Positions 48,700 to 62,930 of a stretch of 64,000 nt of DNA are shown one piece after another. The first letter of the stretch is position 1. Every line of letters starts with the position of its first letter. A program made the translations under genes and the position numbers. The notes under the pieces are model-generated. The model was not told where the DNA came from, made no database searches, and saw nothing but the letters and a program-made list of their open reading frames with translations. This stretch comes from Pristiophorus japonicus. Its lineage: Eukaryota. The DNA lies in NCBI RefSeq assembly GCF_044704955.1, contig NC_091984.1:147064001-147128000 (forward strand), given 5' to 3'.

Positions 48700-50600
48700 C
48701 GTTCGAGGATCTCCTCAACCAAGGATGTGTCTTTGACGTGAGTGTCCTTGACTCCATCCCACAACATGCTGCCCGCCTCCACCTCAGCACAATCCCAGCC
48801 TGGCATGAGGATGAAAAGGCCATCCGACAACTGAAGAACAACGAGGTCTCAGGAGCAGATGGAATCCTTGCCGAAGTACTAAAGCATGATGAAGAAGTAC
48901 TCTTGACGCAAATCCATGACCTTATCTCTCTTACCTGGAAGGAGGAGAGCATGCCTGGGGATCTCAGAGACGCCATAATCATAATCATCTTCAAGAAAGG
49001 GGACAAATCCGATTGCGGTAATTACAGAGGAGTTTCCCTGCTGTCTGTCACTGCAAAGAGTATCGCAAGAATCCTCCTCAATCGTCTCCTCCCAATGGCT
49101 GAAGAGCTCCTTCCAGAGTCACAATGTGGATTGTGCCCACTAAGGGACACAACAGACATGGTCCTCACCACACATCAATTTCAAGTGAGATGCAAGGAGC
49201 AGCATCAACCTCTGTACATGGCCTTCTTTGACTTCACAAAGGCCTTCGACTCTGTCAACCATGAGGGATTATAGAGTGACCTTCTCAAATTTGGCTGTCC
49301 AAAAATTTGTCACCATCCTGTCCTGAATATACTCAAAGACTGAGCCTCCACAGCCCTCTGGGTAGAGAATTCCAGAGATTCACCACCCTCTGAGTGAAGA
49401 AGTTTCTCCTCATCTCAGTCCTAAATGGCCAACCCCTTATTCTAAGACTGTGACCCCTGGTTCTCGACTCCCCAGCCAGAGGAAACATCCTCCCTGCATC
49501 TACCCTGTCAAGCCCTGTCAGACTTTTGTATGTTCCAATGAGATCACCTCTCATTCATTCAAACTCAAGAGAATATAAGCCCAGTCTACTCAATCTCTCC
49601 TCATAGGACAATCTCCACATTCCAGGAATCAGTCTAGTGAACCTTTGTTGCACTCCCTCAATGGCAAGTATATCCTTCCTTAGGTAAGGAGAACAAAACT
49701 GATTCACCAGGGCCTAATATAATTGTAGTAAGACGTCTTTACTCTTATGCTCAAATCCTCTTGTAATAAAGGCCAACATACCATGTGCTTTCTTAATTAC
49801 TTGCTGTCCCTGTATATTAACTTTCAGTGATTGTTGTACAAGGACAGCCATATCCCTCGAAACACCAACAATTCCCAATCTCACCATTTAAAACATACTC
49901 TGCTTTTCTATTTTTCCTACCAAAGTGGATAACTTCACATTTCTCCACATTATATTCCTTCCGCCATGTCTTGCCTGTTCACTTAGTCTGTCTATATCCC
50001 CTGGTAGTCTCTTTGCATCCTCCTCACAACTTACATTCCCAGCAAGCTTTGTATCATCAGATTGATGAGAATCAGGAGATAGATTCCTGGGATGAGTGGG
50101 TTGTCCTGTGAGGAGAGATTGAGTAGATTGGGACGAGACTCTCTGAGCTTGAGAACAATGTGTGGTGATCTCATTGAAACACTTAAGATTCTGAGGGGGG
50201 TTGATAGTATAGATGCTGAGAGGTTGTTTCCCTGGCTGGAGAGTCTAGAATTAGGAGGCATAGTCTCAGGATAAGGGGTAGGCCCTTTAAGACTGAGAGG
50301 AGCAGGAATTTCTTCAGTCAGAGGGTTATAAAACGTTGCAATTTTCTACCTAGAGGTCTATGGATGATCAGTCATTGAGTATATTCAAGGCTGAGATTGA
50401 TAGATGTAAGGAGGCCATTTCGGCCCATCATGTCCGCGCCGGCCGACCAAGAACTATCCAGCCTAAAAATAGATAGCGCGGGAAGGTGGAGTTGGGTCCA
50501 ACTTCAGCCATGATCTTATAGACCAGTTGAGCAGGCTTGAGGGGCTGTATGGCCTACTCCTGCTGCTATTTCTGTTGTCCTTATCTTGTGTTCCTATGAT
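48700..50600. mobile_element. RTE RT fragment (+, 48700-49325) and CR1 3' fragments (49325-50060 minus; 50080-50600 plus)
   Basis: FKKGDKSDCGNYRGVSLL...FFDFTKAFDSV; CR1 C-terminal motifs. Confidence 0.82.
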
Positions 50601-51176
50601 TCTAACAGTGCTCCAAGCAAATGGCCAGGAAGTCCTTTAACTTTATGAGGACTGGCAACTGGAATAAGTCAGCGGACAAACATGATAGGGCAGTGGTATT
50701 TGGAATGTACAAAATGTGGTCTCCAATACTTTCATTATTTGCATTGATCAATATGTAAAAAGGGCACCAAGTATTGTATCATTCAGGTAGTCCCCAGACT
50801 GTGTCAGCATCAAAGGATTTTGTGAGATTGGGACAATGTTTAAAGGGGTGTCAAGGACAGTAGTCATTTAGGACGTCCCCAAATGAGGTCACTATTTAAG
50901 CTCTGAGTGAGTCAGCGTATAAAGGGATGCCGAGGACAGTAGACAGTCAGGGAGTCCTTGGACTGTATCAGAGTTAACAGGGGTTTATGAGAGTGGCTCA
51001 GTGTATAAAGGTGTACCAAGTATTTCAGGCATTCAGGGCAACCCCAGGCAGTGTCTCTATCACAAGACTTTACAGGAATTGTGCAGGAAGTTGGAATTGA
51101 GGTAGAAGATCAGCCATGATCCTCTTTAGTGGCAGAGCAGGCTCAATCGGTTGAATAGCATGCTCCTGCTCCTATT

Positions 51177-53460
51177 ATGGTAGAATTCTTTATCACGATG
51201 GAGAGTGAGACAGTTAATTCAGAGACTCGGGTCCTGAACTTAAGGAAAGGTAACTTCGATGGTATGAGACTTGAATTGGCTAGAATAGACTGGCGAGTGA
51301 CACTTAAAGGGTTGACGGTGGATAGGCAATGGGAAACATTTAAAGATCACATGGATGAACTTCAACAATTGTACATCCCTGTTTGGAGTAAAAAATTAAA
51401 AGGGGGAAGGTGGATCAAGTGTGGCTAACAAGGGAAATTAAGGACAGTGTTAAATCCAAGGAAGAGGCATATAAATTCGTCAGAAAAAGCAACAAACCTG
51501 AGGACTGGGAGAATTTTATAATACAGCAGAGGAGGACAAAGGGCTTAATTAGGAGGAGGAAAATAGAGTCTGAGAGGAAGCTTGCTGGGAACATAAAAAC
51601 TGACTGCAAAAGCTTCTTTAGATATGTGAAGAGAAGAAGATTAGTGAAAACGAACATAGGTCCCTTGCTGTCAGATTCAGGTGAATTATAATGTGGAACA
51701 AAGAAATGGCGGACAAGTTAAACAAATACTTTGGTTCTGTCTTCACGAAGGAAGACACAAATAATCTTCCAGAAATACTAGGGGACTGAGGGTCTAGTGA
51801 GAAGGAGGAACTGAAGGAAATCCTTATGAGACGGGAAATTGTGTTCGGGAAATTGATGAGATTGAAGGCCGATAAGTCCCCGGGGCCCGACAGTCTGTAT
51901 CCCAGAGTACTTAAGGAAGTAGCCCTAGAAATAGTGGATGCATTGGTGTACATTTTCCAACAGTCTATCGACTCTGGATCGGTTTCCATGGACTGGAGGG
52001 CAGTAAATATAATACCATTTTTTAAGAAAGGAGGGAGATAGAACACGGGTAATTATAGACTGGTTAGCCTGACATCAGTAGTGGGGAAATGTTGGAATCA
52101 ATTATTAAAGATGAATTAGCAGCACATTTGGAAAACAGTGATGGGATCAGTCCAAGTCAGCATGGATATATGAAAGGGAAATCCTGATTGACAAATCTTC
52201 TAGAATTTTTTGAGGAAGTAAGTAGTAGAGTGGACAAGGGAGAACCAGTGGATGTGGTGTATTTGGACTTTCAAAAGGCTTTTGACAAGGTCCCAAACAA
52301 GAGATTGGTGTGCAAAATTAAAGCACATGGTATTGGGGGTAATGTACTGACTTGGATAGAAAACTTATTGGCAGACAGGAAGCAGAGAGTCGGGATAAAC
52401 GGGTCTTTTTCAGAATGGCAGGTAGTGACTAGTGGGGTGCCGCAGGGCTCAGTGCTGGGACCCCAGCTATTTACAATATATATTAATGATTTGGATGAGG
52501 GAATTGAGTGTAATATCTCCAAGTTTGCAGATGACACTAAGCTGGGTGGTGGTGTGAGCTGTGAGGAGTGTGCTAAAAGGCTGCAGGGGGACTTGGACAG
52601 GTTAGGTGAGTGGGCAAACACATGGCAGATGCAGTATAATGTGGATAAATGTGAGGTTATCCACTTTGGTGGCAAAAACACGAAGGCAGAATATTATCTG
52701 AATGGCGTGGCGGCAGAGTAGGAAAAGGGGAGGTACAATGAGACCTGGGTGTCATGTTACATCAATCATTGAATGTTGGCATGCAGGTACAGCAGGTGGT
52801 GTAGAAGGCAAATGGTATGTTGGCCTTCATAGCTAGGGGATTTGAGTACAGGAGCAGGGAGGTCTTACTGCAGTTGTACAGGGCTTTGGTGAGGCCACAC
52901 CTGGAATATTGTGTAAGTTTTGGTTTCCTAATCTGAGGAAGGATGTTCTTGCTATTGAGGGAGTGCAGCGAAGGTACACCAGACTGATTCCCGGGATGGC
53001 AGGACTGACATATGAGGAGAGACTGGATTGACTGGGCCTGTATTCACTGGAGTTTAGAAGGATGAGAGGGGATCTCATAGAAACATATAAAATTCTGACG
53101 GGACTGGACAGGTTAGATGCGGGAACAATGTTCCCAATGTTGGGGAAGTCCAGAACCAGGGGACATAGTCGAAGGATAAGGGGTAAGCCATTTAGGACTG
53201 AGATGAGGAGAATCTTCTTCACTCAGAGAGTTGTTAACCTGTGGAATTCTCTACTGCAGAGAGCTGTTGATGCCAGTTCATTGGATATATTCAAGAGGGA
53301 GTTAGATATGGCCCTTATGGCTAAAGGGATCAAGGGGTATGAAGAGAAAGCAGGAAAGGGGCACTGAGGTGAATGATCAGCCATGATCTTATTAAATGGT
53401 GGTGCAGGCTCGAAGGGCCGAATGGCCTACTCCTGCACCTATTTTCTATATTTCTATTTC
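51177..53460 (+). mobile_element. 5'-truncated CR1 LINE, disabled
   Basis: RT motifs including FADD, multiple stops, TTCTAT tail. Confidence 0.92.
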
Positions 53461-53469
53461 TTATACTCT

Positions 53470-54290
53470 TATTATAAATACAACAACAAAAACGTACCTT
53501 TATATAGCATCTTTAAAGTAAAACAACACAAGGCACTTCACAAGAGCGTTATCAAACAACATTTGACACTGAGCCACATAAGGAGATATTAGGGCCGATA
53601 GCCAAATGCTTAGTCAAGGAGGTAGGTTTTAACGAGAGTCTTAAAGGAGGAAAGAGATGGAGCCAGGCGGAGAGGTACAGGGCGGGATTTCCAGAGCCTA
53701 GGGCTTCAGCATCTTCAGGCACGGCAACCAATAGTGGAGCCCTTATAATGGGAGGTGCACAAGAGGCCAGAATTGGAAGAGCACGGCTATCTGCGAGGAT
53801 TGTAGGGCTAGGGGTTATTACAGAGATAGGGAGGGCCAAAGCTATGGAGGGATTTGAAGATCAGGATGAGAATTTTAAAATCCAGGCAATGCTTAACAAG
53901 TATCCAATGTAGGTCAGCGAGTACAGGGGCGGTGGGTGAATGGCACTTTGAGAGAATTAGAATACGGGCAGTAGCCCTTTGGATGACATCAAGTTTACGT
54001 AGAGTAGAATGTGGGAAGCCGGCCAGGAGAGCACAGGAATAGTCAAGTCGAGAGGTAACAAAGGCATGGATGGGGTTTTCAGCTGGGGATGTGTTGAGGC
54101 AGGGGCAGAGACGGATGATGTAACAGAGGTGCAAATAGGCGGTCTTAGTGATGGCACGTGTTCAGAAGCTCATCACGTGTCAACTATGACACCAAAGTTG
54201 CAAACTTTCTGGTTCAGCTCAGTCAGTTGCAAGGGAGAGGGATGGAATTGGTGGCTAGGGAACGGATTTTGTGGTGGGAACAAAGACAAT
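53470..54290 (-). mobile_element. L2-clade LINE 3' fragment
   Basis: IHAFVTSRLDYSCALLAG...LHWILV...DFKILILIFKSLH. Confidence 0.8.
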
Positions 54291-54586
54291 GGGTGAGAAA
54301 TTATTTATACCCAGGAATGGGCGGTATCATTTGAAAAGTTGGAGAATTAGCGCCAGGTGCTAATGCTTTAGACTGTACGCAAAATTCATGCTGACCACTC
54401 AAAGAAATGATTGCAGTGCTAATTCAAGTCTTTACGCCCAAGCTCATTGGCATTACACTCAAAAGGTGGACCAATATCACTTGCAGTTTAATTGACAGTC
54501 ATCATTTTCACCGGCTGGTTCCAGTTCTTAAAGGGGAGGCTGACTGATGATGCAGAATCTCATTCTCAGCATTGCTGGCTGTGCAG

Positions 54587-55496
54587 NNNNNNNNNNNNNN
54601 NNNNNNNNNNNNNNNNNNNNNNNNNNNNNNNNNNNNNNNNNNNNNNNNNNNNNNNNNNNNNNNNNNNNNNNNNNNNNNNNNNNNNNNNNNNNNNNNNNNN
54701 NNNNNNNNNNNNNNNNNNNNNNNNNNNNNNNNNNNNNNNNNNNNNNNNNNNNNNNNNNNNNNNNNNNNNNNNNNNNNNNNNNNNNNNNNNNNNNNNNNNN
54801 NNNNNNNNNNNNNNNNNNNNNNNNNNNNNNNNNNNNNNNNNNNNNNNNNNNNNNNNNNNNNNNNNNNNNNNNNNNNNNNNNNNNNNNNNNNNNNNNNNNN
54901 NNNNNNNNNNNNNNNNNNNNNNNNNNNNNNNNNNNNNNNNNNNNNNNNNNNNNNNNNNNNNNNNNNNNNNNNNNNNNNNNNNNNNNNNNNNNNNNNNNNN
55001 NNNNNNNNNNNNNNNNNNNNNNNNNNNNNNNNNNNNNNNNNNNNNNNNNNNNNNNNNNNNNNNNNNNNNNNNNNNNNNNNNNNNNNNNNNNNNNNNNNNN
55101 NNNNNNNNNNNNNNNNNNNNNNNNNNNNNNNNNNNNNNNNNNNNNNNNNNNNNNNNNNNNNNNNNNNNNNNNNNNNNNNNNNNNNNNNNNNNNNNNNNNN
55201 NNNNNNNNNNNNNNNNNNNNNNNNNNNNNNNNNNNNNNNNNNNNNNNNNNNNNNNNNNNNNNNNNNNNNNNNNNNNNNNNNNNNNNNNNNNNNNNNNNNN
55301 NNNNNNNNNNNNNNNNNNNNNNNNNNNNNNNNNNNNNNNNNNNNNNNNNNNNNNNNNNNNNNNNNNNNNNNNNNNNNNNNNNNNNNNNNNNNNNNNNNNN
55401 NNNNNNNNNNNNNNNNNNNNNNNNNNNNNNNNNNNNNNNNNNNNNNNNNNNNNNNNNNNNNNNNNNNNNNNNNNNNNNNNNNNNNNNNNNNNNNNN
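54587..55496. other. Assembly gap (910 N)
   Basis: Run of N. Confidence 1.
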
Positions 55497-55507
55497 TCCA
55501 CGCCCCA

Positions 55508-58500
55508 GGACCTGCACCTTTATTTCACAGCTCTGGAATGCTGCACTTGCCTGAGACCTGTCCTTATATACCTGTCTCTTGCAAGTGCACCCCTGGTGGT
55601 TACAGGTCATATTTTATTACAGTCATGTATAGCATGTTAGGATACAGTTATATATAATAATGTAAGATACATGACATCATCCTCCCCCAAGGTCTTATTG
55701 TCTTTATAGGTTCAGTCTCTCAGGTGGTCTACGCTCTCACGTGGAGCGTCTGAGTTGTGGTTCAGTTGTTTGCCTTGGTGTCTGTTTTTCTTTGGGTATG
55801 GTTGCTGGTATCTCGCCTGGGCTGTCTGTTTCAATTGGTGTGATTGTTGTTGACTCGCCTGGGCTGTCTGTTGGGATTGCCCTTTCCTCAAGTTGTTCTC
55901 TCTGTCTGTCCACCAGGTGTGGTGCGAGTTCCACATTGTAGTCTGCCTCTGGTTCCGCAATGTTGTTGGTAAATCTGCTTTTGACTTGGTTGACATGCCT
56001 CCGGCTGGTTTTGCCATTGTCCATTTGTACTACCAGTAGCCTGTTTCCTTCCTTACACGTTACTGTCCCTGCAAGCCATTTGAGACCTCTGCCATAGTTT
56101 AGTACAAACACTTTGTCCCCTATCTCACTCCATCTCACCCTCGAATTTCTGTCATGGTACTCAGCCAGCTTACGGCGCTTTGCCTCAATGATTTCGTGCA
56201 TGTCTGGAAGGATTAATGAGAGCCTTGTTTTTAAAGTCCTTTTCATCAACAGTTGCGCGGGGGGGATCCCAGTCAGAGTGCGGACGAGATCTGTATGCCA
56301 GCAGCAGTCACGACAGGTGACCCTGCAGCGTGGGACCTTGGATTTTAAGCATGCCTTGTTTAATGATTTGCACTGCTCTCTCCACCTGGCTGTTGGAGGC
56401 CGGCTTGAACGGTGCCGTCTTGACGTGATTTATGCCGTGGTCAATTATAAAATCTTGGAATTTTGCGCTGGTGAAGCACGGACCATTGTCACTGACCAAT
56501 ATGTCAGGGATTCCGTGCGTTGCAAACATGGTTGCGAGGCTCTCCACAGTGGTGGAGGTTGTGCTCGAGTTTAAAATGGTGCATTCGATTAACTTTGAAA
56601 ATGCATCGACAACTACGAGGAACATTTTGCCCATGAATGGGCCCACATAGTCTACGTGCACCCGCGACCACGGTTTGGTAGGCCAGGGGCTCAGCGGAGC
56701 CTCCCTGGGGGCATTGCTGAGTTGGGCACAAATGTTGCACCTTCGGACGCAGAGCTCCAAGTCCGCGTCAATACCAAGCCACCAGACGTGGGATCTGGCT
56801 ATGGCCTTCATGAGAACGATCCCCGGGTGCTCGCGGTGGAGCTCCCAGACAAATGCCTCTCTGCATCGCAGAGGCATGACTACTCGGCTGCCCCACATCA
56901 GGCAGTCTGCTTGTCGGGACAGCTCATGCATGCGCCTGTGAAAGGGTTTTAATTCCTCGGGGCAGGAATCGCGAGCCTCTGCCCAGTCACCAGTTAGGAC
57001 ACATCTTTTTACTAAGGATAATGTGGGGTCGCTGGCCATCCAGGCTCTGATTTGGTGAGCCGTCATGGGCGAACCTGTGGATTCAAAGGAATTGATTGCC
57101 ATGACTATCTCACAATCCTGTTCGTCAGACCCTTCCGTGGTTGCCAGGGGTAGACTGCTGAGCGCGTCAGCACAGTTGTCTGTGCCTGGTCTGTACCTTA
57201 TGGTATAGTCGTAGGACGCCAGCATGAGTGCCCACCGTTGAATTCGCGGTGAGGCATTGGCGTTTATTGCCTTGCTCTCGGATAGGAGGGACGTGAGGGG
57301 TTTGTGGTCAGTTTCTAACGCGAACTTGGCCCCGAAAAGGTATTGGTACATCTTTTTGACACTGTACACGCACGCGATCACCTCCGTCTCGATCATTCCA
57401 AACCCCCGCTCCATCCGCAAAAGTGACCTGGAGGCATAAGCTATGGGTTGCAATTTGCCCGCACTATTGACATGTTGTAAAACGCACCCGACCCCATACG
57501 CTGATGCATCGCATGTGAGAACTAGCTTTTTACCTGGATCAAAGAAAGTCAAAACACTGTTGGAACACAGAAGGTTGCGTGCCTAATTGAAGACGCGTTC
57601 CTGGGCGTCCCCCCAAAACTTATCGCACCCCTTCCTCAGTAGCACATGAAGAGGCTCCAGCAGCGTGCTTAAGTTCTGCATAAAGTTCCCAAAGTAATTT
57701 AGTAGCCCGAGAAAGGCGTGCAGTTCTGGGACATTACGGGGCCTGGGTGCCAGGCAAATTGCTTCTGTTTTGGACTCTGTTGGGCGGATTCCATCAGCGG
57801 CAATCCTTCTGCCCAAAAATTCAACCTCGGGTGCGAGAAACAGGCACTTGGATTTCTTGACTCGTAGGCCTACCTGATCTAACCGCTTTAGTACTTCCTC
57901 CAAATTACGGAGATGGGAGTCGGTGTCCCTGCCCGTGATAAGTATGTCGTCTTGAAATACAACCGTCCCCGGGATGGACTTGAGCAGACTCTCCATGTTG
58001 CGCTGGAATATGGCAGCTGCCGACCTGATGCCGAATGGGCATCGATTGTACATGAAAAGGCCTTGATGTGTGTTGATGGTGGTGAGTAGCTTGGATTCCT
58101 CGGTCAATTCTTGTGTCATATACGCAGATGTGAGGTCTAGTTTTGAGAAAAGTTTACCTCCGGCCAATGTGGCAAATAAGTCCTCCGCTCTGGGCAGCGG
58201 GTACTGGTCCTGTAGGGAGACTCTGTTTATGGTAGATTTGTAGTCCCCACAGATTCGTACGGATCCATCAGGCTTCATGACTGGGACGATGGGACTTGCC
58301 CAGTCGCTAAATTCCACAGGTGATATAATGCCTTCCTGCAGAAGCCTGTCTAGTTCGTGTTCAATCTTTTCCCTCATCACATAGGGTGTAGCTCTGGCCT
58401 TGTGATAGACCAGTCTAGCATCCTGTGTGATGTAGATTTTGACTTTGGCCCCTTTGAAAGTGCCCACACCTGGCTGTAAGAGATGTTCAAATCGCTTTAT

Positions 58501-60177
58501 AACTGTTGAGCAGGAGGTCCGTTCCTCTAATGACATGGCATGGACATCATCCCATTTCCAGTTTAGTTTTGCCAGCCAGCTTCTCCCCAGCAGTGCTGAG
58601 GGGTCTCCAGGGACAATCCACAGGGGAAGTCGGTTCACTGTCCCTTTGTGTGTGACAGAGAGCATGGCGCTGCCGAGGACTGGTACGATTTCTTTGGTAT
58701 AGGTCCTTAGTGTGGTGTCGACCCTTGTGAGTTTTGGTCTGTCTCTTTTATGCAGCCACAGTTGTTCAAATTGTTGAGCGCCCATGAGAGATTGACTCAC
58801 TCCCGTATCCAGCTCCATGTTGACAGGTATCCCGTTGAATAGGACCCTCATCATTATAGGAGGCATCTTGTTGTAGGAGCAGCGGCCATTGATCGTGTTG
58901 ACCTGCTGTACATCGGTGTCCCGGGTACTGTTCCCACCATCTTCTGGGCCGCTTTCCGACCCATCCGATTCGTATACCAGCCGAGCTGCCATTTGTTTGC
59001 ACATGCGGGCCAAATGCCCTGTATATTCACAGTTCCTGCAAACAGCCTGCTGAAATCGACATCCCCTTGATGAGTGCCCACCCCCACACCTCCAGCACAG
59101 ACCGGTTCCATTGTTCAAAGTGTTCCCAAAGAATGAGCTGCGTCTGGCTGATCTCTCTTGAGCTTCTCTCAGTTTATAGTTGATTGCTCGCATTGTGGGT
59201 TGATGAGGTGTGAACGGTCGTTCCCGTGGCCCTTGATGGCTTCTGGCACCACTGCCTGCTGTCGAGAGCCTGTTCTCCTGGTTTTGTCTGTGTGCGGAGG
59301 TAGCAGCTTGTTTAGTGCTGTGAGCTTCTTGTTCCGATATTTCGCTAGTTGTCGTACCTGCATTGTAAATCAACCTCGTTTCTTCTTCCCCTACCAAGAA
59401 TGTCTGTGCAACCAATGCTGCTGCCTCTAAGGTCAGGTTCTTGGTCTCTATGAGCTTTCGGAATAGGCCTGCATGGCCTATTCCTTCAATGAAAAAGTCT
59501 CTCAGTATTTCTCTCCTCAGTTCATCGGAGAACTCACATAAACTAGCCAACCTCCGAAGTTCTACCACAAAGTCGGGTATGCTCTGGCGACTGTAGTTGT
59601 AGAACCTGTGTCAGGCCATGTGTCGTCTGCTCGCTGGCTTCAGGTGGTCTCTTACCAGTGTGCTCAATTCTTCAAATGACTTGCTTGCTGGTTTCTCGGG
59701 TGCCAGCAGATCCTTCATTAAAGAGTATGTTTTCGAGTCACAGCTGGTCAAGAGATGGGCTCTTCTCTTGTCTGCCTTCTCGTCGCCTAACCAGTCTTTG
59801 GTTACAAAGCTTTGCTGGAGCCTTTCTATAAAGTCCTCCCAATTGTCCAATTGTCTCCTGCATTGTACTTTTCATCTGATCCGTTGTTCGCCATTCTGTG
59901 GATTCTGTAATCCCGTAACTCGTCGCCACTGTAAAGTCCTGTCCCCTCAGTACAGATTCACACAAGGCATGTAGTGAAGTCAAGGTCACTCTGGACCTGC
60001 ACCTTTATTTCACAGCTCTGGAATGCTGCACTTGCCTGAGACCTGTCCTTATATACCTGTCTCTTGCAAGTGCACCCCTGGTGGTAAGGTATGCTGGTGG
60101 TTACAGGTCATATCTTATGACAGTCATGTATAGCATAATAGAATACAGTTATATATTATAATGTAAGATACATGACA
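55508..60177 (-). mobile_element. Near-complete Gypsy (Mag-like) LTR retrotransposon: 5' LTR 59930-60177, gag-pro-RT-RH-IN about 59894-55737, partial 3' LTR 55508-55676; disabled
   Basis: PBS TGGCGACGAG, two CCHC knuckles, LDTG protease, FQDD RT, CDAS/TDHKPL RNase H, HHCC and DDE integrase, PPT; in-frame TAG at 57583-85 plus frameshifts. Confidence 0.96.
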
Positions 60178-60179
60178 GA

Positions 60180-61390
60180 ACCTGACCCCATTCTCCGCCC
60201 TACTCTTTCCTTACTTATCTTCTTGCTCTTTATCTACTTAGAAACCATCTTTGTATTTTCTTTAATTCTACTCACCAGTATATTTTCATGCTCTCTCTTT
60301 GCTTTCCTAATTGTGTTTGTGATGTCACCCCTACACTTTCTATCCTCTTCTCGGCTTTCTGCAGTATTGAGCTCTCGATATCTGATCTTATCTTCCCTTT
60401 TTGCCTTATTTTCCCCTTTCTGCCCCTTGTCATCCAGGGGCTTTTAAATTTGGCAGTTCTACCATTTTCTTTGTGGGAACATGTTTACCCTGAACCCCTT
60501 AGATCTCCCTCTTGAATGCCTCCCACTGTAGCTCAACTAGCTGTTTCCAGTCCACTTTGACTAAATCACTTCTCAACCCAATAAAATTGGCCTTCCCCCA
60601 ATTTAGAACCTTTACTCCAGTTTTATCTTTGTCCTTATCCAAAACTATGCCAATACTAACTGAATTATAATCACTACCACAACAATGCTCTCCCACTGAT
60701 ACCCCTTCCACCTTCCCAGCTTCACTCCCCAACACTCAATCCAGAACTGATCCCCCACACTCTTGTTCGGCTGGCTAACTGGCCAAAAACCTTCTCCTGA
60801 ATACAGTTTAGAAATTCTGGGCCACCTGTACCTTTTACACGGAGTGTATCCCAGCTAATATTGGGCTAATTGAAATCCCCCACTATTACTGCCCGATTGT
60901 TTTTGCACTTGTGATAAATGATCCTACAAATGTGCTCTCCTATCACCCTCAGAGTGTTTGCGGGTCGATAGTACACTCGCTGCAGTGTGATTGCCCCTTT
61001 TTTGTTCCTTAGTTCAACCCATATAGCATCAGGTGATGATTCGTCTAACATGGCATGCATTCTCACAGCTATAATTGTTTCTTTAACCAATAATGTCACG
61101 ACTCCTCATTTTAAACCCCCTCTCTATCTCGTCTGAAAGCCTTGTAACCAGGAACGTTGAGTTGCTATTCCTGTCACTCTTTCTACCCATGACATTGGCA
61201 GTCTGGCATGTCTGGCAGTGCACCCTCCCCCTTCAGAATGGATTGCAGCCGCTCTGTGATATCTTTGTCTCTCGCACCAGGGAGGCATCATACCATCCTG
61301 GACTCATGACTATGGCCACAGAAACACCTGTCTGCTCCCCTGACTATAGAATCCTCTATAACTATGGCTCTCTTGACCTTTCTCCTCCCT
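60180..61390 (-). mobile_element. Old CR1 fragments (ORF1 esterase and APE)
   Basis: IEDSIVRGADRCFCG; VYYRP..., VGDFN. Confidence 0.75.
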
Positions 61391-61394
61391 CGCC

Positions 61395-61640
61395 TCCCCA
61401 CCCCCTTGTCCACCGCCCCACCTCCTTGTCCACCCCCCCCACCCCTTTGTCCACCGCCCCACCCCTTCGTCCACCGCCCCACCCCCCCTTGTCCACCCCC
61501 CACCCCCTTGTCTACCCCCCATCCCCCCCTTGCCCACCCCCCATCCCCGCTTGGCCACCCCCACCCCCTTTTCCACTGCCTCACCCCCTTGTCCACCCCC
61601 CACCCCCCCTTGTCCACCCCCACCTCCCCTTGTCCACCTG
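61395..61640. repeat. C-rich ~19-bp minisatellite (CCCCTTGTCCACCCCCCA), G-quadruplex-prone on minus
   Basis: Seen directly. Confidence 0.85.
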
Positions 61641-61789
61641 TCCCGTACAGCTGAGCCACACATGGTGCTATGGTCTTGGAGCTGGCTGCATTATCCTTGG
61701 GAAACATCTCCCACACCGAATTTCAGAATGCAAAACTGGTTAGAGAGTGAGATTCCCTTAGGGGTCTCCTGAAATATCTGCCTATTCTT

Positions 61790-62930
61790 CCAATCTCAGA
61801 AGCTGGAGCATTCAGGATTTGGAATACACATTTGAGCTTTAATCTGGTTGGAAGTGTTTGGAGTAAACTCTCTATTCACTGGCACCTCCTTGGAGCAACC
61901 TCTCTCACCATTGACAGATCGCTTCTGGAATCTCAACTTCAGCTGCCAGATATTCCATCCGCATCGGTGCCCTTGAAAAAATCTCACCTTGGTCCTCAGA
62001 ATCCCACCACGATCAGCCCCAACACCAGCAGCACCAGGCACACCAGCAGCACCAGGCACAGCAGCATCACCAGACACACCAGCATCACCAGGCACACCAG
62101 CATCACCAGACACACCAGATTCACCCAGCACACCAGCATCACCAGACACACCAGCATCACCAGAGACACCAGCAGCACCAGACACACCAGCATCACCAGA
62201 CACACTAGCCACAACACCAACATTATCCATAATCACCTGATGCTGCACAGGACACGGGACATCAGCACCTGAAGACATTGCTGCCCGGGAGGCCAGGGAT
62301 ACCCTCACCGTGGCCACATTTACTTCCCTTCACACTGTGCACCAGGCTGTCACATGATGCACCAGGTTGGCACCACACCACAACAGCACCATACAGTATC
62401 CCGACAATGCACAAATCATTCCTTTCACACTCAGCACCATTGCGGGGGTTACCTTTATGTCTCGCTGTTCACTGCAACTCATTAAACCACTTCTACTTCC
62501 AAGAAGGCAAAATGTTAAAAATAAAGATTTGGCTAAAAGAGCCAAGTGCCTACCCTTGTGTGCTTAGTTGGTATGATTGGACGAGGTGAGGGTGAGTGTG
62601 AGGGGTGGCTGGTGAGAAAGGGATGTGATAATGGAGATAGAGAGAGGGAATGAGTGGAGGTGCAAGCTAAGTTGGTGTGAGTAAGGAAGTGCAAGAGTAG
62701 GGAAGGCAGTGTGATGGGGATGTGAAGATTGGCACAGCAGGATGAGGTTGAGTGTGGTTTTTCAGTGAGGGCTTGTGATCCACTGAGATCATTGAAAGGT
62801 TTGCACCACTGCAGCCAGGTCCTCTGATGACATTCCCGCTTGAGTCCTGTGCATTGTGCAACCAGGCTGCATTGGTCTCCTGTGGAGATCCCTTCCGCCC
62901 ATTAGAAGGGAAGAGAACCTTCCTGCGCAG
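61790..62930 (-). mobile_element. Harbinger-type Myb/SANT ORF2 relic with 18-bp tandem array (62020-62200)
   Basis: RRKVLFPSNGRK...AAWL...TWLQW.KPFNDL remnant at about 62770-62930; CACCAGCATCACCAGACA repeats. Confidence 0.6.

Noticed and set aside
54492-55657. Long ORFs of 311-382 aa
   Set aside because: Artefacts of translating the N gap
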